Made by a program: the position numbers and the translations under genes
Shown: positions 1-11,511 of the stretch, one piece after another
Layout: every line of letters starts with the position of its first letter
How positions within the stretch are numbered: position 1 is the first letter of the stretch
The notes under the pieces: model-generated
Seen by the model: the letters and a program-made list of their open reading frames with translations, nothing else
Database searches by the model: none
Told to the model about the DNA's origin: nothing
NCBI GenBank assembly: GCA_030141605.1
Contig: JAQGDQ010001461.1
Location: 1-39,952 of the forward strand
Direction: 5' to 3'
Length of the DNA stretch: 39,952 bases
Origin: Tubiluchus corallicola
Lineage: Eukaryota; Animalia; Priapulida

Positions 1-2080
1 AATCACACAAACTCTCAAATAATTTATACAAACAAATCTACTACAAATCCTACTCAAATAAATTAAATCATGTCAAAGAATCATCAAAAAAACAATATTA
101 CACTGAAACATTGCAAAAACACAAGAATAACATGAAAAAAACTTGGGAAACAATAAACAGTATTATAAAAACTGATCCAAAAACACGACAAACACCAAGT
201 AAGTTAACAATAAATAATGTGGACTATACAGATACATATGATATTGCCAGTAAACTAAATGAGTTTTTTGTAAATATAGGCCCTGACATGGCTGCCAAAA
301 TACCTAAACCTAACGTTAATTTTACTGACTTTTTAAAAAACCCTAACCCAAATTCTTTTTTCATTAATCCTATTACTGAAAATGAAACATGCACACTTTT
401 AAACACACTTAATTCAAACAAATCACCAGGACCACAAAATATACCAATATCTTTTTTTAAATCTGCAAGTCAAATAATTTCACCAATACTCACATTACTG
501 TTTAATAAATCGGTTAATGCTGGAACTTTTCCAAATATATTAAAAATAGCAAAAGTTATTCCTTTATATAAAACTGGCTCTCCACATGAACCTGGCAATT
601 ACAGACCAATATCTCTCTTATCACCAGTATCAAAAGTTTTTGAGAGGCTAATTTACAAGAGATTATACCAGTTTGTTGTGGAAAGTAATATCCTAAGTAA
701 ATACCAGTTTGGTTTCAGAAAAAATTATTCAACTGCCCTTGCTGTATCCGAATTAATAGACATGATCTCTCTAGACACTGACAAAAAATTACTGAATTGC
801 GGAATATTTTTAGACTTATCAAAAGCTTTTGATACCGTACAGCATAGTATACTAATAGCCAAATTAAACCATTATGGCATCAGAGGTCTACCTTTGCAAC
901 TAATTCAGTCATATCTAACTAACAGAAAACAATTCATATCTATTAACAATGTATCATCAGACTATAAACACATATCGTGTGGAGTGCCACAAGGCTCTAA
1001 TTTAGGACCTCTTCTATTCTTAATTTATATTAACGATCTTCCCACATGCAGCAACTTTCGAACCCGAATATTTGCCGATGACACTAATTTGTTCATGTCT
1101 GACTCCAATATAAATAATCTGCAAAAATCTGTTAATGACGAAATGAAAAAAATAGACCTGTGGATGAGGGCAAACCAGCTATCAATTAACTATAAAAAAA
1201 ACCAAATTTATGATAATCAACAATAAGCAAATTAACAATGCTAATAATCCAAAATTTCATATTATAATAAACAAACACAAAATTGAAGAAACAGACAACA
1301 TCAAATACTTGGGCCTACTCATTGATAATAAATTAACATGGGAACCACATATAAAACACATAACATACAAATTAAGTCGAATTACTGGAATAATTTTAAA
1401 AGTAAGGCACTACGTTGACCAATATATTCTGAAACTTCTATATAATTCGTTAGTTTTCAATTATTTACAATATTCCATCTTAACATGGGGTACGGCTTTT
1501 GCATCAATTCAAAAATTAATACAGACACAACAAAACAAAATAGTAAAACTAATAACTTTTGCTCGCAAATATGATCATGCTACACCATCGTTCGTAAAAT
1601 TAGAAATTTTAAAAGCAAAAGATACTTACAATCTTGAGTTGTTCAAATTTATGTATAAATTCAATGCTGGTTTATTACCCGAACTTTTTAGTGAATATTT
1701 CACTAATGTTTCTGGTATACATTCCTACTCCACAAGAGCTGCTTCTAATGAACAGTATTTTGTGGAGAGATTTTTTACCCGACATGGTTTCAATAGCTTA
1801 AAATCACGAGGAGTTAAATTATGGAACTCATTGCCAAAAGATACCTTTGGAGGTAGCTTATTTTCTGCTTCCAAAAAATACACAAAATTCTTACTAAATG
1901 AATATACCTGTAATACATAACTTGTAAGACTAATAAGCAAGCTATCAAGTGTTTTTTTTTCTCATCTCCTAAGTAATTGTTGCTCTTTCTTATACTTACT
2001 TTTTCTCTTAAATTTTCTATATTACACTTTTTTGATACTTATTTTATCTCTCCATACAGTCAAAATCCCCTGTCAATAAG
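1..2080 (+). mobile_element. Non-LTR retrotransposon (CR1 group, L2/Crack-like) ORF2 3' part plus 3'UTR, copy A; frameshifted
   Basis: ORFs 111-1226 and 1210-1920 carry the RT motifs NYRPISLL, QFGFR, FLDLSKAFDTV, GVPQGSNLGPLLF, FADDT and KYLG. One extra A in the run at 1194-1201 splits ...NYKK/TKFMII... The element starts before the window. Confidence 0.93.
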
Positions 2081-2084
2081 GCTC

Positions 2085-3299
2085 AAAGTATTTGATGTTG
2101 TCTGTTTCTTCAATTTTGTGTTTGTTTATTATAATATGAAATTTTTGGATTATTAGCATTGTTAATTTGCTTATTGTTGATTATCATAAATTTGGTTTTT
2201 TTATAGTTAATTGGATATTGGTTTGCCCTCATCCCAGGTCTATTTTTTTCATTTCGTCATTAACAGATTTTTGCAGATTATCGATATTGAGCTGTACATA
2301 AAACAAATTAGTGTCATCGGCAAATATTCGGGCTCCGAATATTGCTGCATGTGGGAAGATCGTTAATATAAATTAAGAATAGAAGAGGTCCTAAATTAGA
2401 GCCTTGTGGCACTCCACACGATATGTGTTTATAGTCTGATGATACATTGTTAATAGATATGAATTGTTTTCTGTTAGTTAGATATGACTGAATTAGTTGC
2501 AAAGGTAGACCACTGATGCCATAATGGTTTAATTTGGCTATTAGTATACTATGCTGTACGGTATCAAAAGCTTTTGATAAGTCTAAAAATATTCCGCAAT
2601 TCAGTAATTTTTTGTCAGTGTCTAGAGAGATTGTGTCAATTAATTCGGATACAGCAAGGGCAGTTGAATAATTTTTTCTGAAACCAAACTGGTATTTACT
2701 TAGGATATTACTTTTCACAACAAACTGGTATAATCTCTTGTAAATTAGCCTCTCAAAAACTTTTGATACTGGTGATAAGAGAGATATTGGTCTGTAATTG
2801 TCAGGTTCATGTGGAGAGCCAGTTTTATATAAAGGAATAACTTTTGCTATTTTTAATATATTTGGAAAAGTTCCAGCATTAACCGATTTATTAAACAGTA
2901 ATGTGAGTATTGGTGAAATAATTTGACTTGCAGATTTAAAAAAAGATATTGGTATATTTTGTGGTCCTGGTGATTTGTTTGAATTAAGTGTGTTTAAAAG
3001 TGTGCATGTTTCATTTTCAGTAATAGGATTAATGAAAAAAGAATTTGGGTTCGGGTTTTTTAAAAAGTCAGTAAAATTAACGTTAGGTTTAGGTATTTTG
3101 GCAGCCATGTCAGGGCCTATATTTACAAAAAACTCATTTAGTTTACTGGCAATATCATATGTATCTGTATAGTCCACATTATTTATTGTTAACTTACTTG
3201 GTGTTTGTCGTGTTTTGATCAGTTTTTATAATACTGTTTATTGTTTCCCAAGTTTTTTCATGTTATTCTTGTGTTTTTTGCAATGTTTCAGTGTAATAT
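2085..3299 (-). mobile_element. Internal fragment of the same LINE, copy B (equivalent to A 95 to about 1310), inverted
   Basis: ORF 2314-3177 (-) nearly identical to copy A protein; indel-rich at 2200-2340. Confidence 0.9.
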
Positions 3300-5440
3300 A
3301 GAAAATTTAAGAGAAAAAGTAAGTATAAGAAAGAGCAACAATTACTTAGGAGATGAGAAAAAAAAACACTTGATAGCTTGCTTATTAGTCTTACAAGTTA
3401 TGTATTACAGGTATATTCATTTAGTAAGAATTTTGTGTATTTTTTGGAAGCAGAAAATAAGCTACCGCCAAAGGTATCTTTTGGCACCGAGTTCCATAAT
3501 TTAACTCCTCGTGATTTTAAGCTATTGAAACCATGTCGGGTAAAAAATCTCTCCACAAAATACTGTTCATTAGAAGCAGCTCTTGTGGAGTAGGAATGTA
3601 TACCAGAAACATTAGTGAAATATTCACTAAAAAGTTCGGGTAATAAACCAGCATTGAATTTATACATAAATTTGAACAACTCAAGATTGTAAGTATCTTT
3701 TGCTTTTAAAATTTCTAATTTTACGAACGATGGTGTAGCATGATCATATTTGCGAGCAAAAGTTATTAGTTTTACTATTTTGTTTTGTTGTGTCTGTATT
3801 AATTTTTGAATTGATGCAAAAGCCGTACCCCATGTTAAGATGGAATATTGTAAATAATTGAAAACTAACGAATTATATAGAAGTTTCAGAATATATTGGT
3901 CAACGTAGTGCCTTACTTTTAAAATTATTCCAGTAATTCGACTTAATTTGTATGTTATGTGTTTTATATGTGGTTCCCATGTTAATTTATTATCAATGAG
4001 TAGGCCCAAGTATTTGATGTTGTCTGTTTCTTCAATTTTGTGTTTGTTTATTATAATATGAAATTTTGGATTATTAGCATTGTTAATTTGCTTATTGTTG
4101 ATTATCATAAATTTGGTTTTTTTTATAGTTAATTGATAGCTGGTTTGCCCTCATCCACAGGTCTATTTTTTTCATTTCGTCATTAACAGATTTTTGCAGA
4201 TTATTTATATTGGAGTCAGACATGAACAAATTAGTGTCATCGGCAAATATTCGGGTTCGAAAGTTGCTGCATGTGGGAAGATCGTTAATATAAATTAAGA
4301 ATAGAAGAGGTCCTAAATTAGAGCCTTGTGGCACTCCACACGATATGTGTTTATAGTCTGATGATACATTGTTAATAGATATGAATTGTTTTCTGTTAGT
4401 TAGATATGACTGAATTAGTTGCAAAGGTAGACCTCTGATGCCATAATGGTTTAATTTGGCTATTAGTATACTATGCTGTACGGTATCAAAAGCTTTTGAT
4501 AAGTCTAAAAATATTCCGCAATTCAGTAATTTTTTGTCAGTGTCTAGAGAGATCATGTCTATTAATTCGGATACAGCAAGGGCAGTTGAATAATTTTTTC
4601 TGAAACCAAACTGGTATTTACTTAGGATATTACTTTCCACAACAAACTGGTATAATCTCTTGTAAATTAGCCTCTCAAAAACTTTTGATACTGGTGATAA
4701 GAGAGATATTGGTCTGTAATTGCCAGGTTCATGTGGAGAGCCAGTTTTATATAAAGGAATAACTTTTGCTATTTTTAATATATTTGGAAAAGTTCCAGCA
4801 TTAACCGATTTATTAAACAGTAATGTGAGTATTGGTGAAATTATTTGACTTGCAGATTTAAAAAAAGATATTGGTATATTTTGTGGTCCTGGTGATTTGT
4901 TTGAATTAAGTGTGTTTAAAAGTGTGCATGTTTCATTTTCAGTAATAGGATTAATGAAAAAAGAATTTGGGTTAGGGTTTTTTAAAAAGTCAGTAAAATT
5001 AACGTTAGGTTTAGGTATTTTGGCAGCCATGTCAGGGCCTATATTTACAAAAAACTCATTTAGTTTACTGGCAATATCATATGTATCTGTATAGTCCACA
5101 TTATTTATTGTTAACTTACTTGGTGTTTGTCGTGTTTTTGGATCAGTTTTTATAATACTGTTTATTGTTTCCCAAGTTTTTTTCATGTTATTCTTGTGTT
5201 TTTGCAATGTTTCAGTGTAATATTGTTTTTTTGATGATTCTTTGACATGATTTAATTTATTTGAGTAGGATTTGTAGTAGATTTGTTTGTATAAATTATT
5301 TGAGAGTTTGTGTGATTTGTAAAGACGTGATCTGGTTTTAATACTATTAAAAATTCCTTTAGTGATCCATGGTTTTTGAAATGTAATAGTGTCTTTCCTA
5401 GACAGAGTTTGCAAAGGAAAATGATTATTAAAGCTCTAGC
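3290..5440 (-). mobile_element. Same LINE, copy C, 5'-truncated ORF2, inverted relative to A
   Basis: ORFs 4092-5414 and 3398-4108 (-) are almost identical to A (one L/V difference in the 236-aa ORF) and share its frameshift. The 5' boundary is approximate. Confidence 0.93.
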
Positions 5441-6082
5441 AAATAGTCACAGACTTAAAATTAATTTTACTAATTTCGGCCGCAGCGTCACTTTTCCAAT
5501 TTAAGTGGTTAATTTCGATTTTTTGACTATCTCTCAGTATAGCCGATTATTTTCATTTGGCCTGTTCTGACATTATATAACGTTATAGTCAGATCCTACC
5601 AAATTTTGTCAATCAAGAAATGCAAATAGCATATTTTAGAACAGCATGTAGAGGCATTTTCTGCATTGTACAGCATTTTGTTTTTCATTTTCTGAATCCT
5701 TTGATCATAGCTTGGAATACCGAGCTTGTAACAGGTGTTAGGGCTGTCATGTTTACACGTGAAAAGTTTCATCACTCTACCTCTTTATTATTATTAATTT
5801 TTATAAATCATTAAATGATAAATGTGCAAAAAACAAAATCTGTCCGTAAGCTGGCATAGTTAAAACTATGTCTATGTTATGATGCTTTAAAGTAAAATGC
5901 ATCAAAAATAGGGTTAAATGTCAACTTTTTGTTTTCCATAAAAACAAACGCAAAATATATTGGACATTTTGTAGAAACTTAACAAAAATAACGGCAAACT
6001 TTAACAGCAATTGTCGCAAGATTATGTTTTTCAGTGTGCATGTACACCTCAACTTCAAAGTTGAGATTGAGATCGTGAAATT

Positions 6083-6451
6083 CAGGGATGAGAATTTTCC
6101 GCGGATACGCGGAATTCTGAGTTTCTGGAAGACCAGTAGTGCCATTTTTGTAATGAGAAAATTTTATGGACCCAGTACATTATTTAACAACCTGACCGCT
6201 AGTTGGCAGGCCGTCACTTTGTTTACATCACGTACATCAGTGTAACCACGTGTATATCTCTATGTATTAAAATATAGAATCAATTGTGCGGAGTTATTTG
6301 AGTCAATTGCAGACAGTTTTTATATACTTTTGCATAGGAGCGGCCAGTACTTAGGTGTTTTTGAGACACTTGAACCCCCATGGGGACCTACGCGGCCCCC
6401 AAACCCCCGGCCTGTTTCAGAGTTTTTTGCAATTTGTCATTCTCTTCCCAG
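6083..6451. mobile_element. Non-autonomous DNA transposon (MITE), CAGGGATGAGAAT TIR family, internally deleted copy
   Basis: TIRs cagggatgagaat / attctcttcccag (2 mismatches); 6-bp TSD GAAATT at 6077-6082 and 6452-6457; homologous to 26286-26797 and 29841-30312. Confidence 0.85.
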
Positions 6452-6746
6452 GAAATTGAGATTCGGGATATCTTTTTTACTGTGGAAGCACACAAATAAT
6501 TCAATTTGGTTTTTTTATAAAGCAACATCAGAGTTGTTAAAGAGCTTGATAAGGGCAGACTGTAGTACATGCCATTATAATTTTTTTGAAATATATTTTC
6601 AACTGCGTGTAGCTAATTATAATATAGCCACTATTAACTATAGTCGCTTATGTGCTTCGTAACTTTTCTAACTTAGTATCTTCAATAATACTAAAACGTT
6701 TTTTTTACTTTTGAGTATTCAGATGTAGTATCATGTATGATAGCTA

Positions 6747-7139
6747 GATAGATAGGTAGATAGATATTTTATTTCTGAAAATCAAATTTCCAACACGAAA
6801 ATTACAAAATCAACGCATAACTGATGGTTTTATCAGCGGGCAGAGCTCGGGTAATGATTTCCAGATCATACTAACAATTTGACTCAACATAGCTGCATGA
6901 GGTATATACACAGATATACAAATTTAGTTGTAAACTCTATGATGCAAAAAAACTATTTACTAAGCATTTGTACACATGTGATAAACAAATATTTTACCTA
7001 TATGATAATCACAGTGATGCGGTTATATGTCCGCTAACGATACTATACTATTTAATTCAAAAATCTATGCATACAGTCGTAAATGAAATTTGCAATCGAC
7101 ATTAATTCTCCGTCAAATAAATTTGCAATATTACTATAA
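6747..7139 (-). mobile_element. Retroposon 3' fragment with (TATC)n tail, flanked by 41-bp direct repeats
   Basis: The minus strand ends ...AAATAAAAATATCTATCTACCTATCTATC. Direct repeats at 6706-6746 and 7140-7180 differ at 2 positions. Confidence 0.6.
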
Positions 7140-8067
7140 TACTTTTGAGTATTCAGATGTAGTATCATTTATGATAACTAATTATTATAATATGTATGTA
7201 AACATTTACTAATTTGCATAAGTTTTAAAAAATAAATAATATTAGCAGAAAGAAATATCAATAGTGGCATTTATAGCAGTTTTTGCTATCTCAGGCAAAT
7301 TACATTAGACAGATAACCGATTTTAAAGAGTTTGTAATTAGAATTTATAATTTTTATTAGTTGTAAAATGGAACTTAAAAAATTATATTTTTGCCAGTAT
7401 CAATGCTAATGTTATCAGAAAAATATTTTGTCAAACAAGTAAATCATTAGATTGTGTTGGCTAGAGTTTTTGCTAGCCCTTTTGATGGAATGATTTAGCA
7501 ATTAATATTACATTTTTTGTGGTAATTGCTTGGTTAACCGTTGATTGACTCATAAGTTAGTTGTAAGTACATTCATATTCGGTGTGCCAGACCTTGCTTT
7601 TGCAAATATCGGAAAATTCGTTCAAAATCTGGTCCGTTTAAATGTCTGGCATACTACGGTTACAGTCCGTTATTTCGCGAGCTGACAGCTAGTTGGCTGG
7701 CCGTCACTTTGTTTACCTCCAAGCAGCATGTAACGACACGTGTGTAGCTTATTTGTCAGCTTGGTTAAATCAGCGTGCGTAAGTGACTTCGAGTCAATTA
7801 TGCAGAGTTATTTGAGTCCTTTGCCGACCGTTTTTATATACTTTAGCGGCCCGTACTAAACGTTTTGAGACAATTTGGTGATAGATTCTACATTGCCATG
7901 AGTCTAATACATGTCGCCTACTATGTTAGCTTTGTGTCAGAAAATACGGACAATCGGCAAATTCGTACTGACATCTCCCCACTTTTGTCTGTCAAACCGA
8001 GATATGAGTGCATAGATAAGTTTTGTGTGCAATAGTGAATTAATAAATAAAGCTTTTTCTCTTGCAG

Positions 8068-8154
8068 ATTGAAAAGCTAGTTGAACGAGTGCAAACAGCA
8101 ACTTTACTTGATGACCGTCGGGATGCTGTCAGAGCTCTTAAATCTTTATCAAAG
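8068..8154 (+). CDS. USO1: General vesicular transport factor p115, internal exon (equivalent to coding exon 2)
   Basis: ttgcag|...|gtttgt; IEKLVERVQTATLLDDRRDAVRALKSLSK matches the recalled p115 motif STLLDDRRNAVRALKSLSK. Confidence 0.92.
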
Positions 8155-8568
8155 GTTTGTCATTATCATAATTTATGTCATTTCTTGCTAGATTAAAATA
8201 TGGCCATTTTTAATTTAATATTTACATACTTTGACATACGTTTTTACATATATATTTACATCCGTTTTCCATGAAAATTTGCACTTGCAACCCGAAACAA
8301 TACATTTCGATACCTTCTAAAAATGTTCATAAATATTTCTTAACACCTCTGTGTTAAGTTAGACAAGTTCTAGGATGTAATACAAGTCTACTTATCTTTG
8401 AAAAACTTTTGAGAAACTCGATGTGTTTTGTATATTTATAGTTTTGCATTCTCACATGTAAAAGATCTTACGTTAAGACATGTACAGTCCGTTAAGGTAA
8501 ACATATGTGGCCTCTGTGGAATGAATAATACTTTTTTTAAAAATCCTAAACCTATTTGTTTGTTACAG

Positions 8569-8713
8569 AAATTTAAGTTAGAGGTTGGTGCCCAAGCAAT
8601 GGATACGATGCTTTCCGTAATTGAAAAAGACCGCGCTGATCCCGAGACTGTTGGCTATGCTGTCGATACTTTATATAATGTCTTGTCACCAGAAACAGAT
8701 GGTGATGGTATTG
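8569..8713 (+). CDS. USO1: p115 exon
   Basis: ttacag|KFKLEVGAQAMDTMLSVIEKDRADPETVGYAVDTLYNVLSPETDGDG... The phase-1 donor is either after 8707 (gtattg) or after 8713 (gtatgt). Confidence 0.88.
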
Positions 8714-8918
8714 GTATGTCTGTTGTATTGTTTTATTCACTGTATTTCTTTACTTCAGCTTCATATTTTAATTAGCTGTTTGTTTACAGAAGGATGGTAA
8801 TTTATTAAGTGATCATATAAAGCTTTTGTAGTTAGGGTCATTACTAGAGAGGATCCCTGATTAAAAATAGGATTTTTTGAATGTGATTCATATAGGACTA
8901 TACTAGGTGGGAGAATGA

Positions 8919-8919
<1 letters not shown>

Positions 8920-8965
<46 letters not shown>

Positions 8966-9213
8966 CTTTATTTAAAGTCAGCTTTCGTTACAACAATTAA
9001 CATTAACTCAAAGAGCTATTATCACTGACTGTAAATAACAACCTACAACTACATAACAGAGACTATTATTACCCACTTTTACCCTAAATACCACGCGTCA
9101 GGCAGGGCAACAGCAGGTACCATTTTTAAAGTCTTTGGTACGACCCGGCCGCTAGTTCGAACTCACGACCTCCCAGACGGAAAGCAGACATATTACCACT
9201 AGACTAAACCGTC
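8920..9213 (-). mobile_element. tRNA-derived SINE with (TTA)n tail, copy 1
   Basis: Minus strand begins GACGGTTTAGTCTAGTGGTAA (box A-like), has GAGTTCGAACT (box B), then GTCGTACCAAAGACTTTAAAAATGGTACC; ends AATAAAGATTATTA... A second copy is at 17698-17931. Confidence 0.85.
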
Positions 9214-9347
9214 AAGTCGAAATCTCATGTTTGACCATTTTGGGCAACAGCTGACCAAAAGCGGGTGTCAAAATGAGACATCTTTTGCCTCACCTCCATT
9301 GTTCACAATGTTGCTATTGGTAACGTTCACACGGATGCTTGTTTCAG

Positions 9348-9516
9348 AAAAAGATCCTGGTGATAATGCGGAGTTGATCGAACTTGCCAATCAGTTTACC
9401 GAGATTTTCATTAAAAAGCCAGAAAATGTTCTGCTTATACTTGATCTGTTGGACGAGTATGATTTCCATCTAAGATGGCCGACAGTTAAACTGATGACTG
9501 CTCTCCTAACTAATCG
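9348..9516 (+). CDS. USO1: p115 exon
   Basis: tttcag|(E)KDPGDNAELIELANQFTEIFIKKPENVLLILDLLDEYDFHLRWPTVKLMTALLTN(R)|gtgagc; phase 1 in, phase 2 out. Confidence 0.92.
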
Positions 9517-9963
9517 GTGAGCGAACATTTGATTTTTTTGAATTGTAAGTTTTACGTCAACGACTGTCAGTAGAGAAAAACTCGAAAGTCAATGTCGTAG
9601 TTCTTCAATTGATCACTAGATGTCGATAATCAGCTCTGATGATGATGATGACTTGTGATACACCACTGTGCGTTTACTACAAAATTAGCCACTAGATGGT
9701 GCCAGCCATCAATGCTTAAGAAAACTTTAGATAAATGACTTTGTGAAAAATCAGCCACTAGATGGTGCCACAACACACAGCAATTCAAGCAAACTGGATC
9801 TCATTGGCCTGTGGTGGCTTATTTTAGTATTTTATGGACCAAAACTATTCCAAAAACTGTCTCACAAACAAAATCCTACTGGCTGATGTTTTGTGCTTAT
9901 TTTGCCACTGAAGAAGTTTACAATTTCTCACACAATTTAAATCGTCTAACTCTAACCCTAGCC

Positions 9964-10753
9964 GCAATCCTAGCTCTAATAGTATCCCGAACCGTAACCC
10001 CAAACTTAACCCATATCCTAATCTGCAATCCTAGCTCTAATAGTATCCCGAACCGTAACCCCAAACTTAACCCATATCCTAATCTGCAATCCTATAATAG
10101 TATCCCGAACCGTAACCCCAATCTTAACCCATATCCTAATCTGCAATCCTAGCTCTAATAGTATCCCGAACCGTAACCCCAATCTTAACCCATATCCTAA
10201 TCTGCAATCCTAGCTCTAATAGTATCCCGAACCGTAACCCCAATCTTAACCCATATCCTAATCTGCAATCCTAGCTCTAATAGTATCCCGAACCGTAACC
10301 CCAGTCTTAACCCATATCCTAATCTGCAATCCTAGCTCTAATAGTATCCCGAACCGTAACCCCAATCTTAACCCATATCCTAATCTGCAATCCTAGCTCT
10401 AATAGTATCCTGAACCGTAACCCCAATCTTAACCCATATCCTGATCTGCAATCCTAGCTCTAATAGTATCCTGAACCGTAACCCCAGTCTTAACCCATAT
10501 CCTAATCTGCAATCCTAGCTCTAATAGTATCCTGAACCGTAACCCCAATCTTAACCCATATCCTAATCTGCAATCCTAGCTCTAATAGTATCCTGAACCG
10601 TAACCCCAATCTTAACCCATATCCTGATCTGCAATCCTAGCTCTAATAGTATCCCGAACCGTAACCCCAATCTTAACCCATATCCTAATCTGCAATCCTA
10701 GCTCTAATAGTATCCCGAACCGTAACCCCAATCTTAACCCATATCCTAATCTG
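9964..10753. repeat. 61-bp minisatellite, about 13 copies, built of degenerate TAACCC-like hexamers
   Basis: Unit gcaatcctagctctaatagtatcccgaaccgtaaccccaatcttaacccatatcctaatct, shifting +1 per 60-nt line. Confidence 0.95.
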
Positions 10754-10933
10754 CTTCGCGAACTAATTTCTTTTTTCTTGAGGAATTGTAAAGTTTAGTC
10801 AACCGCAAATAAATTTTCTAATAAATCGTTGATAACAAATGTAAAAGAGACACTTAAACTCTATATAAAAGAGACACATAAACTAGAGTTTAGTGTAAAA
10901 CACGCTTTCTAATTTCATGTTTCATGTTTGTAG

Positions 10934-11030
10934 AGCAAAAGAGACACAAGAGATCGTTATTAGTTCTCCGATGGCGGTGTCAAAGTTGATGGATTTGTTA
11001 TCAGACAGTAGAGAAGTTATACGCAATGAT
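10934..11030 (+). CDS. USO1: p115 exon (last one recognisable in the window)
   Basis: ttgtag|(R)AKETQEIVISSPMAVSKLMDLLSDSREVIRND|gtaagt; matches the recalled p115 motif SPMGVSRLMDLLADSREVIRND; phase 0 out. Confidence 0.93.
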
Positions 11031-11097
11031 GTAAGTTGAGTTTCCATGACTTTGATATAAGATGCTCAAATTTGGCCTTTATGTTCAATAGCATATT

Positions 11098-11511
11098 TTT
11101 GCCAGTATATATATACAGTGTTCAAACTACGCCAAGACCTTCTATGAATGAGTCGGTGAGACTTAAAGGTAAAGTCTACAAAGAAGTGGTCAGACCCGCT
11201 CTAATCTGTGGGTTGGAAGCAGCTTCTCTATAGAAGACCGAAGAGAAGAAAATGGATGTGGTGGAGATGAGGATGTTGAGATGGATGGTGGGAATAACAA
11301 GAAGAGATAAAATTAGAAACAATAATATCAGAGGAACAGTAAAAGTAGTAGAAGCCTCGCAAGATTGCGATGGTATGGACACCTGAAAAGAAGAGTCGGT
11401 GAAGATCATGTGGGAAGGGAGGAATGAAGAGATGGTCAACAACAGGAATGCGTGGAGAAGACTTTTTCACAACGGCGACCCCGCATAGGGAAAAGCTGGG
11501 AAGAAGAAGAA
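11098..11511 (+). mobile_element. RTE-clade (Rex3/Expander-like) LINE 3' fragment, decayed
   Basis: RLKGKVYKEVVRPALICGLEA...EMRMLRWMVGITRRDKIRN; 3' end GGCGACCCC..GGGAAAAGC..(GAA)n; 15-bp TSD GTTCAATAGCATATT at 11083-11097 and 11512-11526. Confidence 0.85.

Noticed and set aside
111-1226. RT ORF as a retron, group II intron or DGR reverse transcriptase
   Set aside because: The motifs and the C-terminal extension are those of eukaryotic non-LTR retrotransposons, and the context is an intron-rich metazoan genome.
8790-8796. Possible USO1 micro-exon (tttacag|AAGGATG|gtaatt)
   Set aside because: 7 nt does not preserve frame between the phase-1 flanking exons; it would need a weak alternative donor and RNA evidence.
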